NCBI GenBank assembly: GCA_002245135.1
Contig: NGBS01001169.1
Coordinates: 1 to 64,000 of the forward strand
Reading direction: 5' to 3'
DNA length: 64,000 nt
Source: Proteromonas lacertae
Lineage: Eukaryota
Shown: piece after piece, positions 23,892 to 36,432 of the stretch
Layout: every line of letters starts with the position of its first letter
How positions within the stretch are numbered: the stretch's first letter is position 1
The notes under the pieces: generated by a model
What the model was told of the DNA's origin: nothing
What the model saw: the letters and a program-made list of their open reading frames with translations, nothing else
The model's database searches: none
Program-made: the position numbers and the translations under genes

Positions 23892-26301
23892 ATGTCTATT
23901 TGTCGTTCTAGAGGTGTTTTTGGTATACAAATGAAGGTTTTATATTGTAGATGATGATGATGATAATTGGATAGAAGAAGATGATAATGAAGAATCAACC
24001 AAAGAGAATAAAGCAAATGAAGAGAATAATGATGATGAAATAGATCCATTAGATGCATTTATGCAAGATATAAATGAACAAGCAAAAAAAGAAGTTGAAG
24101 ACAGTACAAAGAGAGATTTAGTTCATAAAACTAAAAAAGTATATTATTTATCATTAATAAAAATGCAGATAGAAAGATTAGATGAATTGAATGATAGAGA
24201 AGAAGATGATGCAGAGAAACAACATCAAATCACCGAATCAAAGTATAAAGCAATAGAAGATGGTATATATATATATATTGATATATAAAAATAGATGTTG
24301 AATATGATAGTGATGATAATCCAATCATACCCGATAAGATGATTGTTCCACTTCTACAGCCAATAGATCATTCACACATACAATATGAATCAGTTCAAAA
24401 ATGTTTTTATAAAGAACACACAGATGTAAAGAAAATTCCAATAGACTCTAATCGATGAATGGATGAAACAAGAAAATATTCAAATCAGTATGCCTTATGG
24501 TATGGAATATCTAAAACCAGTTTGGGATTTCTCACTCTTTGGATTAACTCCCAAATTATCTGTTGCTATTAAACAATTTGGATATGAAAATCCTACACCA
24601 ATTCAATCAACTGCATTACCAGTAATATTAAGTGGATATGATATAATATCAGTAGCAAAGACAGGTTCAGGCAAAACATTTGCCTATGTTTGGCCAATGC
24701 TTGAACATATCATTCCACAAAGACCATTTGAGGAGAAAGAAGGTCCAATTGGAGTAGTTTTAGCACCAACACGTGAATTAGCTGAGCAAATATATAAATG
24801 TATAAAACCATTTTCAGATATATTTAATATCAGTTGTAAATGCATAGTTGGTGGATTATCTAAATGGGAACAAAAGAAATCATTATTTCATCAACCTGAA
24901 ATAGTAGTTGGTACTCCTGGTAGATTAATTGATATGATAAAGATGAAAGCAACTAATATGATTCGATGTAGTTACATAGTATTAGATGAAGCTGATAGAA
25001 TGTTTGAGTTAGGATTTGAGCCACAAATCCGATCAATAATTGGTCAAATCCAACCAAGCCGACAGACAATAATGTGTTCAGCGACATTTCATAAGAGAGT
25101 AGAGATATTAGCGAGAGATATATTAACAAATCCAGTAAGAATAGTAATAGGAAATATAGGTCAAAGTAATGATGATATAGATCAAGAAGTGTATATATTA
25201 AGAGATGAAAATGCGAAGTGGGGATGGTTACTATCAAATATATTGAAATTTACTGAAATCGGTAAAGTATTAATATTTGTAAATACGAAAGAAAATACCG
25301 AAAGAATAAGTGAAAATTTGAATAATCATTTAGGTACAAAAAGTGAATCAATTCATGGAGATAAAATTCAATATGAAAGAAATGGAATAATCAACCGTTT
25401 TAAGAAAGGTATAACGAATATATTGGTAGCAACAGATGTAGCAGCTCGTGGATTAGATATAGATAATGTGAAAGTGGTAATAAATTATGATAAACCAAAG
25501 AATATCGAAACTTATGTACATCGAATAGGTCGAACTGGTCGAATGAATAAAGATGAAGGAGTAGTTGAAAGTGGAAGTGCTTATACATTACTTAGTGATA
25601 AAGATGTGACATTTGCTTGTGATCTAGTATATAATTTTGATAAATCAAATCAACGAATATCCAAAGATTTATTAAATTTGGCAAATAAAAATGCGAAATT
25701 TCGAGAAAGTTGGAAAAGTAAAAATAATTTTAGAATGAATAATAATATGTTATATAAACCAACTGTTAATAATAATAATAATAATAATACTATATCTCCA
25801 ATTAAAGCATTATCTTCATCTTCATTACCTTCGAGTGTTGGATATCATAAAACAAATGAAGAAAGAATGAATGATTTTGCAGATTTAAGTGGTCCTGCTT
25901 CTATTCGAAAAGAATTTGCATCAACATTTGTAAAATCATTTGAAATATTAAAAGAAAGTGATAAAACGAAAAAGTCAATAACAATAGCTCCATTAGAAAG
26001 TCGAATAAAATGTTCTACAATTCTACCACCTAAACAACCTCCAACTGAACCATTAATAACAAATACAAAATCAACAACAATAAAAGATGATGATGAGAAG
26101 TTAAAATCAATAGATAGATCAACTTCTCACAAATCTAATCATAAACATCATCACCACTCTCATCATCATCATTCACATTCCAAATCATCTTCATCATCAT
26201 ATTCCTCATCCTCTCCATCCACTTCTCGTTCTAGATCAAGATCAAGATCCAAACACCATCATAATCATAATGATATACATAGTCATTCCAAACATCACTG
26301 A
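23892..26301 (+). CDS. DDX42: DEAD-box RNA helicase DDX42 (SF3b125)-like, with an RS/His-rich tail
   Basis: [74 protein letters not shown]; one +1 break at ~24450. Confidence 0.88.
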
Positions 26302-26365
26302 TTATTTTATGTGTGTTTTTATGTTGTTTTTATGTAGATTATAACAAAAATAGGAATAATTAATT

Positions 26366-28473
26366 TCAATGAATAACTGATAATAAATCTATTGAATTGT
26401 TTCCTATAGAACAAGCATACGGATATAATGGAGAAGGTAAATCTTTAACAAGTAAAACAGGAGATGAATCATTATGACTTATCCAAAATTCTCTTTTATT
26501 CATATCAACAATCACTTCATAAATTGAGCCATCTCCATGATTATTGAAATGAGGATTTTTATTAATAGCTCTTCCAATATGACAATATTTAGTAATCTCT
26601 TTACTATTACCATAAGATGAAACATAATTACATGTTGTTGATTGATTATAAATATTAATTCCTGTATATGTATTATCTGTTGATAGTCCTAACAAAATAT
26701 AATCATAATTCCCTTTATGAAATTTATATTTGATATGATAAACTCCATTTTCCATCTTAACATTCAAGTAACAATGGTAATAATTTCCAACATCATTTGT
26801 ACTTCTCATTACTTTACCATCATTAGATATTGTAATATTGGAATTCTTATTTAATTCTGTAAATTTTCCTTCTTCAAATTCTAATAATATTTTGAATTTC
26901 TTTTCATTTCGATTATTCTTACAAGTTATTTCGTATTCTCTCTTTTCTATTTCTTTATCTACTTTTCCATGAATTATTCCCATTTTCTTTATCTATCATT
27001 ATTCCATCTGGCAATGAAGGATTGATTGAAAATTCACATCGATTTCCATCAAATGATGGATTTATTGATATTTCTTCATCTAATATAAATGAATATTCTG
27101 ATTGAGGATATGAAAATGATGTGATTTCTTTTGCTTTTAATTCATTCAATAATTCTATATCTAAAATTATTTTACTCATTTCTTCTTCTTCACTTTCACT
27201 AAATTTCATTTCTTGGATATATTTTATTAATAATTCTTTGGTATTTTATATCAATGAAACAATTTTCATTAAATATTGTGTACAGAATTTCTTTTCCACA
27301 AATATAATCTATTATTGAAACACTCTTTTTATCATCAATAAATAAACATAAACACTTCATTGTTCGATTTCTTTGGTGTCTTCCATATTCACAACATAAC
27401 CTACTCAATAATTTATTTTTTATTCTATTTGGAATAATCTCATACAGTTTCATTTCTATTATTAGATTTAACACTATTTCTATTAATCTTATATCTTCAT
27501 TATTCAATGATTTTATCATTTCTTCTTTCACTTCTTCTTTATTCAACAATATTATATCATTTTCATCTACTTCTATCTCATTTTCTTCTTCCACATAGTA
27601 TTTACTTATTATTTCTACCAACTCTTCATTCTTTATTTCTTTTAAATTTAAGCACATGTGATTATTTATATAGTCATCTATTGATATTTTTAAGTTCTTT
27701 TAATATGTTCAAATTTTCTTCTTCTATTTCTTCTTTCTTTATTTCATTTAAATGAATCTTTGTCTTTAGTATTGTCATAAATCCATTCAATTCTTCTTCA
27801 TTCTCTTCGCATTGTTTACATACACTTCTATACCATTTCAATAAGCGATTTAATAACCAACTTTCATTCTTTATTAATAGTATTTTATTATTCAGAATGA
27901 ATTTTATTGAATTTAAATTCAGTTTTAATAGCAGTTTATCTATTTCAATGTAAATACTTTTATAAATAGTTATACCATTGTTTAAATATTTATATCCTTT
28001 TCGAAGCAAATATTCTTCGCTTATTTCTCTTAATTCTGATAAATCATTCACATTTAAATTGTTTAATATTTCAATATTTCAATTATCACTAAATCATTAA
28101 AATGATTCTTTAAGTATTTCTTACAGATTCTCATTATCCGATTATCATTGTAATAGATACTAAACCTCAAAATATCACAGATGTTATCTTCATTCAATTC
28201 CATACATCCACCACTGTAGTATTTTTCTATCTCTAAAAATGAATTTATTTCACATTTTTCATAGAGTTCTAATACTCCAGTCTTTTTCATCTAACAAAAC
28301 TTCTTGATTGTGACATTTCCATTCATCAATATATTTTTCACACAAACAACTTCTTCATTTCCCACTTTTACTTTCAAATCACCATAACCATTATTCACTA
28401 GCGCTTTAGTCTAGAAAATCAAATATCATCATATATACCCATTTTGACCAATTTCATTATCTATTACTTTCAT
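26366..28473 (-). pseudogene. Disrupted BTB-(BACK)-putative Ig-SPRY/B30.2 gene
   Basis: BTB-like GDLKVKVGNEEVVCVKNIL..ELNEDNICDIL; BACK-like NESWLLNRLLKW; He_PIG-like FSINPSLPDGIMIDKENG; SPRY-like ITISNDGK..GVYHIKYK..ILLG..VIVDMNKR..LYPY. Lesions: in-frame TAG 28291-28293, an 8-nt duplication at 28065-28080 and at least four frameshifts. Confidence 0.7.
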
Positions 28474-28575
28474 TTCACTTAAATGAATTAGATAATAACA
28501 TTCTAATAATACATTCTAATACACACAATACAGTGTATTTTTTAATCCAGTAATTTTGTTGATTAAAAAATCTAA

Positions 28576-29313
28576 ATGCTGAATAAGGCTATTATTGCTG
28601 TGTGTATAAATATTCATAGTAAAATTAAATAGTACTGATAATTTGTCTTAGTAGAGTTGAATGTGTGAATTGAAAACACTATTTACAGTAAAGATAAAAA
28701 GCTTGCTTCACCTACTACTAACGCCTTTAAAGTAGAGAAAACATTTCCATTAAAAGATGGAGAAGCAGCTATACGTCGTAACAATAATACAAGAGATGAA
28801 GGATTTGAAGAAAAATATGATGCAGCTAGTGATAAAAAGATCTATGAATATTTTCGATCAGAATCATCAAGAGGTAAAGTCATTTCTTATATTGTTACTT
28901 CAGTTAATATGGAGAATAAAGAAAATTATACTCAATATGCTGGTGAAAATTGCGTCGATGATGTTGATAATTCTTTTATCTGGTTTGATAATGTAGAAGC
29001 AATAAATTCTGATCTTAGAGAATGCGGTTTACAACCAGGTAGACATAACCTAAAGGAAATGAAAGATAAATGTGGATTTGGCGGTAGTAACTGTGAAGCT
29101 CTATACTTCTATAAGATGACTGAAGATGCAAAGGAAGTATACCAAACTTTTGATAATACAAGTATTGGTAATATTGAACAAGGAAAGAAATATGAAATTG
29201 TATCATATTCAGAATTGGAAAGAATCATAAATGATTATCCTCAACCTAAGTCATCATCGATACTTGTACCATCATTCTTAATAGTTGTAGCTTTAATATT
29301 TCTAATGATATAG
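28576..29313 (+). CDS. Secreted, probably GPI-anchored small surface protein
   Basis: Signal-like MLNKAIIAV|LLIICLSRVEC (29-nt intron); Cys-containing body; C-terminal SSS-ILVPSFLIVVALIFLMI* with no cytoplasmic tail; one +1 break at ~28658. Confidence 0.6.
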
Positions 29314-29682
29314 AAATGTAATAAGCGATTATTGATGAATTATCGATTGTAACCTATGTTTATCTGTATTAAAAGCCATAAAGACATTTTTGTCTCTTTT
29401 CCTCTACAAGATTATATTATTATTATTTAGATGTTATACGAAATTTCTAAAGGTGAGTTCATAATGAATTACTTCAATTCAATAAAATTAAAAGCAAATT
29501 ATTTGACAAACGACTATTACCTACTACAACATGTTTCATGTTTCATTTTCCGCAACATAACACTTCTATGATGCAAATAAACTCAATATCTACTATATTA
29601 TGAAAGATACAAATTTTCAAATTTTTAATATCAAGCCTGTCAGCTTGAATCAGTTTGTTTTGATGATTTTTTAAATAAAGAA

Positions 29683-32560
29683 ATGTCTACTTCAAGAAGA
29701 TCATCAATTAAAAATCCTACGCGTCTTACAACAGTTCAGATCAAGGATGCTGTTAAAGCTAAATATGATTTGTATCTTTTGTGTCACTTCTATTATATAG
29801 ACATCCACCTCATCAACAAATGAAAAATGAAGTATAATAATTTATTCACTTTAATTTTGTATCAGGGAGAGTACATTAACAAAGATCCTGTAGAACCTCT
29901 TGATATAACCAAACCACAGTGTATATTTCTCTAAATTTAAATTTTTAGCTCAACCAATATATGATTTTTGTGTATATGCAAGAATAAAGTATAAAATTAC
30001 TAAATATATGTTTAATGTAGGCCATTCATGCCATCAGAGTCAGAAATTATCACAGAAGAAAATGCAGTCAAATCTGTTGGAGATACAATAATGATTCATC
30101 GTGGTGCCTTTCAGAAATCTTACACATTTGATAGAGCATTTGACGAAAACGCTACACAGGAAAATGTCTTCACAAATACAGTGTCAAACATATTAGATGA
30201 TTATATAGGTGGTACTAATTGTAGTTATATAATGATGGGTGGTGATAATTCAGGAAGATCTTACACTTGCTTTGGACCAGAAGAGGAAGTACATAATCCA
30301 GCTACATTTGGTGTAATACCAAGGACAATACAAGTTGTATTGAGAAAATTAAAATCCATGGAAAGAAAATATTCAATGAAAATATCATTATTTTACTTAA
30401 ACAATGATGTATATATAGATTTAATTTTAATTTTATTATTTTTATATAGAATATTACTGATATAAATGGTAATAAATATCATTTAAAAGATGATCCATAT
30501 TTAGGGACTTATCCAGAATGTAATGATGAGAATATAAAACAAGAATCATTCGTTGATGAAGAAACAGCTATTTCCTCATACATCAAAATAGCACATTTAT
30601 ACTATCAAAATAGAAATTATAATAATCATAATCATATACCAATATTATTCTCAATAGATACAGAATCTGAAGATATCAATAATAACAAGAAACAACAACA
30701 ACAACAAGTTATAACTCGAAGATCATTATTTCAATTCATTATTCTACCATCTGATATATTTCATGTAACAAAAGAACACTGTTATTTGAACCCTTATTTC
30801 TCATTGAACTATGTAATAAACGCAATATTAAATAATGCTCCGTATATTCCTTATCATAATAATAAATTGTCATATTTATTAAAGGAATCTTTAAGTGGTC
30901 ATTTTAAGACATGTATTGTTGCTACAATATCTATATCTTCTCAGTTTATGGATAATAATTTTAATACTTTAGAATATGTGATTAAAATGAAGAAAATGCA
31001 TAATAAACCAATTCAACATTATGATATAGTAAAACCAACTTTATTAATTGATTATCAATTGCATTTACAACAATTATATGAGATATTATATTATCAGAAG
31101 AATAAGAAAAATAATTATAAGAAAATAGATGAAAAAGAATTTAATAGTGTTAGAGAGAAGTTGAATGAAACGACTCTCAATTTGAATTATATAAAACGAG
31201 AGATTATTGAGAAGAAAAAAGATATACAAAATACAAAAGAGTTATATGAGAATATTGTATCTGATAAGTTCAGTATTGAGAATCATATAAACATTCATAA
31301 ATTGAAAGAAAAACAAGAAAAAACAGGTCATTTACCTAAATATATAAATGGAATATTCCATCAATGTAATAATCTAAATGAGAAGTATATGAAGGATATA
31401 GAAAATGAAGAATTAACATCTACTACCAATCAATCTTTACAAATGAAAATCAGTAAAGAATATGATATTAAAAGTGAAGAAGTAAAAGAATCATTTATTA
31501 AATATTATCAAGAATTCTGTGGTCAATATAGTAAAGTAAATTTAACTTTAAGAAGTGGAATTGATTCTCAATTATTAGACTTAAATCACATAAAACTATC
31601 TGTAAAAGAATATACAAAGGATATTGTAGATTATTCAAACTCAATGGAGAATATGAATATATTGCCATTTATAAAGAGTATAAAGAAATATATTAAAACC
31701 GAAACAAAAAGAGTATTTATTCTATTATTTATTTTATTTTATTATATATAGTTAAATGATTGGCAAAAATCAATGATTAGTGTGTTGGATGATGAAGAAA
31801 AACAGTCCATAGAACATTATAAAGCTATAGAGAATCAATACAACAAATTCCTTGAAGATTTAGATGTAGAATACAATGAATATGTATTTTTGATTATATA
31901 TTTATTGTTATTTAGTTGAATGTTAGAGAAGAAAGAAGTAAAGAATATCAAACTCTCTTAGATTCATGTATTGAGAAAAGAAAAGCTGAAATTAGCAGTT
32001 GGAAAGACAAACTAACAACAGATATAGAAACACTTAAATCAAAAGAAAATAAAACACTTTCAACTATAAAAGAAAAGAAAGAAAGTTTCAGAAAACGTAT
32101 GGATAAACATATTGAAAAGAGTAAAACGTCAATAAAGCAAGAAATAACAGAATTTAGGAATATTCATAATAATATTTTAGAATCATATCATCAACAATAT
32201 GAAGAAAGAAAATCATTATTAGATAAACATAATAAAGTATTTATTTATTATTTATTTATAATATATTAATGTTATTAGCAAACTGAAATTGCATTTAATG
32301 ATATAAGAAACTTGAAGGAAGATTTAGAAACAACATCAAAAGCAAAACAATTAGAAGTTACCATAGAAATCAATAAACAGAGAGATGTTGTATTAGAATT
32401 GATGGGTACAACTGCTGATAATATGTATTATTGGGATTTACCTGATAAATATATATTCCAATGTGGTGAATTTAGTGGTTCATCCTGTTCACAAATGAGT
32501 CAAATAGCAAGAATATTGACTTTATCTACTGATTATCTTGATAATTATATTGTATAAATA

Positions 32561-32595
<35 letters not shown>

Positions 32596-33202
32596 TTAGA
32601 TACCTCAATATAAACCAGTAAGATCGAAAGATTTCACATACGATTTACCAGTAATTATACCAATTTGTAGAATCTGTGAAAAAGAAAGAGAAGATAAAGC
32701 CAAAGCAGCTGAAGAGGCATTACGTGAACAATATTACCTCGAACACCCTGAAGAAAGACCACAGCCATCTCCAGAAGAAGAATTAAAAAAGAAGAAAGAA
32801 GAAGAAGAAAGAAATTATCAAGCTTCATTGAATGAACCACCACAAGCACCTGATACTCCAACTCCATTATCATCATCTATGTCACAGACACCTGCTGGAG
32901 GTAATAAAGAGTTTAAATTTAGTCTTGAAGAGATTGAAAGAGAAATTAGAGAAAATAGTTTGGGAACAACACCTTCTCATGCTGCTACTGCTACTGAAGG
33001 ATCGGAAGCGAATTCTGTAAGAACTCCTAATTCTACAACTCAAAATGATGAAGAAAATAAAAATAATGAGGGTGGTGCTAGTAATGACTTGAGAAATAGA
33101 ACTGTATCATTAGAGGATGTTGTTCCAACACTACAATCTATTTCATTTTTGCAAAAATCACCTCTACAGAAATCAACCAAAAAAGTGTCAAAGAAGAAGT
33201 AA
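29683..33202 (+). CDS. Divergent kinesin-5-like protein with degenerate catalytic motifs and a long coiled coil
   Basis: VYARIKPF, KSYTFDRAFD..TQENVF, GGDNSGRSYT, GVIPR, YIPYHNNKLSYLLKESLSG, KTCIVATIS..NTLEY..NKP; multiple short introns. Confidence 0.8.
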
Positions 33203-33318
33203 AAATGTATAATAACCTCATTTGTTGTTGTATCTTTTTGCTTTAATGATGTATTTGTTTTATAAATGTTTTTGTAATGAGAAAAATGGCAAAATAAAAA
33301 AGACTAATCAAACCTATA

Positions 33319-33326
33319 TCAAGCTT
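33319..33326 (+). promoter_or_regulatory. Candidate core-promoter element TCAAGCTT (representative copy, upstream of SAS10)
   Basis: Same or near-identical motif at 11498, 17115 (reverse), 23857, 29631, 36412, 49124/49148, 55690 and 62862, all within about 15-85 nt of an ATG. Confidence 0.6.
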
Positions 33327-33350
33327 GTCATTTCAATTTTGGTTTTGAAA

Positions 33351-34714
33351 ATGGGTCATTCGAAGAAGAAGAGAGCAAAGGATTATGTAGAAGTAAATGA
33401 AAGTATTTGTGTATTTATAATTTATGATAGATGATGAAAATGGAAGTGATTTTGATGTAACAGATGATGATATGATTGATTTAAATATCAGTGATGATGA
33501 CGACGATATGGAACTAAATGCTATGGCGGCTAATAACGATGATATATTGTCAAATGAAGAAGATGAGGAAGAAGTCGAAGAGAATGATTGGGGTTCAAGA
33601 AGAAAAGTGTATTATGAGCCAGGAGAAAGTAATACAGGAAAAATAGATGAAGATGAAGCAAGAGAGGAAGAAGAAGAAGCTACAAGGTTACAGAATAAAC
33701 AGTATAGTGAATTAACATCAGAAGATTATGAAGATATATTCCAAAACATTGAGGAAGATTCTAAATCAAAATCCAAAAAACATCAGTTCAATGATATGCA
33801 ACCAATAATCGAACATATAGAAAGAGATTTATCAAAACTCAATTCAGCACAAATTAAAGAGATTTTATCAAAAGAAGTTCCAGATCTATTAGTATATTAT
33901 GAAAAGTTAGAGTCAATATTACCATCATATGAAAATGAATTTCAGAAAGTGTATAACAAAGCAATCCAATTCTAATATTATATTAAACGAAGGAAAACAA
34001 TATATTAAATTCAAGCAATCTTTAATTTTAAATTATTTATATAATATAATATTTTATACATTGTTAAAAGTGGAAGGTAAAGATCCAAGAATTCATCCAA
34101 TTACAAACTACTTAAAATCAATACATGAGTTAGTGAATAAAGTTGAAAACATGGATAATAATAGTATAAAAGATAAGATAAATGAATTTATGAATACTGA
34201 AGAAGAAGGTAGTAAAGATAGTGATATGAATAAGAAAAATGATGAAAAAGCAGATAAAGTAATAAAATCAAAATCAAAAAGTATGAAAATAGCTCAAAAT
34301 AGTAGTATTATAAGTGAAGAAAATAAACAAAAAATGAAAATCAATGAAAATAATAAGTATAATGATGGTGATGATAGTAATAGTGGTGAAAGTGATGAAG
34401 AATATCAATACATAGACAAGATCAGAGAGAGTCGAAAAAGAAAAATGGAAGAAAGAACGATACATGGTAATAAAATAGAAGAAAATGCTGGTCCAAGGAA
34501 GATAACACAGGAAATTATGAAGAATAGAGGATTGTCAACTCATAAGAACAGAATGCATAGAAATCCAAGAGTTACTAAAAGATTACAGTATGAAAAGGCG
34601 ATTAAGAGAAGAAGATCAGCTGTACCTGATGTTAGGACAGGAGAATCTGGAAGATATGGAGGAGAATTCTCTGGAATTAGAAATGATATCGCTCGTAGTA
34701 GAAAACTTGCTTAA
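33351..34714 (+). CDS. SAS10: SSU processome component Sas10/Utp3
   Basis: WGSRRKVYY, EEEEATRLQ, HPI, and the C-terminal Sas10 domain RKITQEIMKNRGL..RNPRVTKR..YGGEFSGIR..RSRKL; +1 break at ~33970. Confidence 0.92.
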
Positions 34715-34917
34715 TTTCTTTTTTTTCTTTTGTGTGTTTTTGTCTTGTGTATTTCAGATAGTGTATAACAATTTTTCATTAAAACAAGCAATAATATGAG
34801 TTTAGCAATAATATGAAACAGTAGTTGCAATAGTGAAATATATTCATAATAAATTAGTTAAAATAGTCAAAAACAATCACTAATGTAAATCTATAGAATT
34901 ATAATTTAGTTTCATTT

Positions 34918-36338
34918 TTAAGAACTACTTTTCTTGTTACTACTATTATCTTCTTCTTCTTTTTTCTTGTAATACTTACTGCTGGCTTCAAACCATCCAT
35001 TTGGATGATTTCCCACTTCACTATCATCTCCGCCAGGATGGCTATATATCCAATGCTTCTTACAAGCAATTTGATAGTCACCATGTTCAACAGATTGCAT
35101 AATATCATTAACCTCATCATCTTTTCTTCCCAAACTAATTAACATCTTTTTAACCACATATTTATCTAAGTGTTTAAAAGGACAACCATGATATTCATCT
35201 GGTCCTGGAGCACTTCCTAATATTATCTTTCTACAGGAATATGGAGTATAATCTGCTCTTTTTCCTTCTTTTCCATAATTGTGTCTTATATTATAAGCAT
35301 ATTCTTTTGCAAACTTATCAGCTGTAACATTACAAAATTCATTTGCCCAATACATCAAGGCATCTTCTAATGATAATCCTATTCCTTTTAAGAATAATCC
35401 ATATTGCATTCTACCTAAATGTTTGAGATGATGTGTTGAATGTAATTTTGTTTGAAGATAATTCATACATAGAGGAAATGATGTTTTTGATAACTAAATA
35501 TAAAAAATAAAATAATAAATAAATAAATATTATATATATATATACAATTGGTATATTTTCTTTTGTAACATTTCCTGACACTTTAGTATTTGAATAATCT
35601 TTACCAATATATTGATTTGGTAAACTCTTAATAAATGAAGCTAATCGACTATCATTCATGACTTTATCTAAATTCTTTGATGTGTTTATTAAATAAGATG
35701 ATAATTTTGATTTGAACTTTCCTCTGATTATTGAACTACTTTCTTTTTCTAATACATAACAAAAACCTTTCTTTATAATAACAGATCGGTTTTTCACTAA
35801 GTCTGGTACATCTTCGAATTTTACAATAAATACACTTGTTGGTGGATTTCTATAGAATGTTTGTATCTCTTTATATAATAATGATGAAGGATCTAATGTT
35901 TCAGTTTTATATCCGTATTTTTTCATGAAAATACCTCTGTTTTTGATGTTTAAATGATTGTATCTATATACAAATAGCTTAGCCTCTTGTTCAATAAACC
36001 ATCTTCGATGATCTTCACTATCACAATAAGCATATCTTAGAATGTGATGTGATATTCTGTCTTTTTCTATATCTTCTGGTTTATCAATAGTTAAACGATC
36101 TGTAATTACTTTTTGAAGTTCTTTGTCGAATTTATCTGCTGGAAGAGATCTTGCTGTACAATCTTCAATAGTCTTTAAAACTAAGCATATAAAATAATAT
36201 GAAATCTATACCCATCAATCTATCTAATGCGTATGATTCAAAACTCTCTAAAGAGAGAGGAGCAAGAGGTGGATCTTCATAAAATGACAAACACATAACT
36301 TCATCTTTGCTTTTAGTATTACCAAATACGTTCTGCAT
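34918..36338 (-). CDS. PRIM2: DNA primase large subunit
   Basis: FESYALDRL, DRISHHILR, FPLCM, HHLKHLGRMQYGLFLKGIGL, YNIRHNYGKEGKRADYTPYSC, HGCPF, YQIAC, HPNGWFE. Confidence 0.95.
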
Positions 36339-36432
36339 AGTTTAAATAATTAATATTGTTGTATTTTCAATAGAAAAATGAAGAGCGCCAAAATTTAACT
36401 CAAACTCATCGACAAGCCTTAATTGAGATTGA

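Noticed and set aside
28291..28293. In-frame TAG (also 994-996) suggesting stop-codon reassignment
   Set aside because: Both lie in loci with many other lesions. Conserved genes have no in-frame stops and use TAA, TAG and TGA as normal terminators.
29772..29800. GT-AG introns with U12-like donors (GTATCTTT here; GTATCTTA at 57895; GTATCATT at 48805 on the minus strand)
   Set aside because: They are only 27-31 nt long and lack the TTTAAT branch box 8-9 nt from the acceptor seen in the two AT-type introns; GTATC arises easily from the general GTAT donor.
33949..33992. Possible GT-AG intron explaining the SAS10 frame change
   Set aside because: Available GT..AG lengths (42 or 44 nt) do not give the required frame and would delete plausible coding sequence; one extra base explains it.
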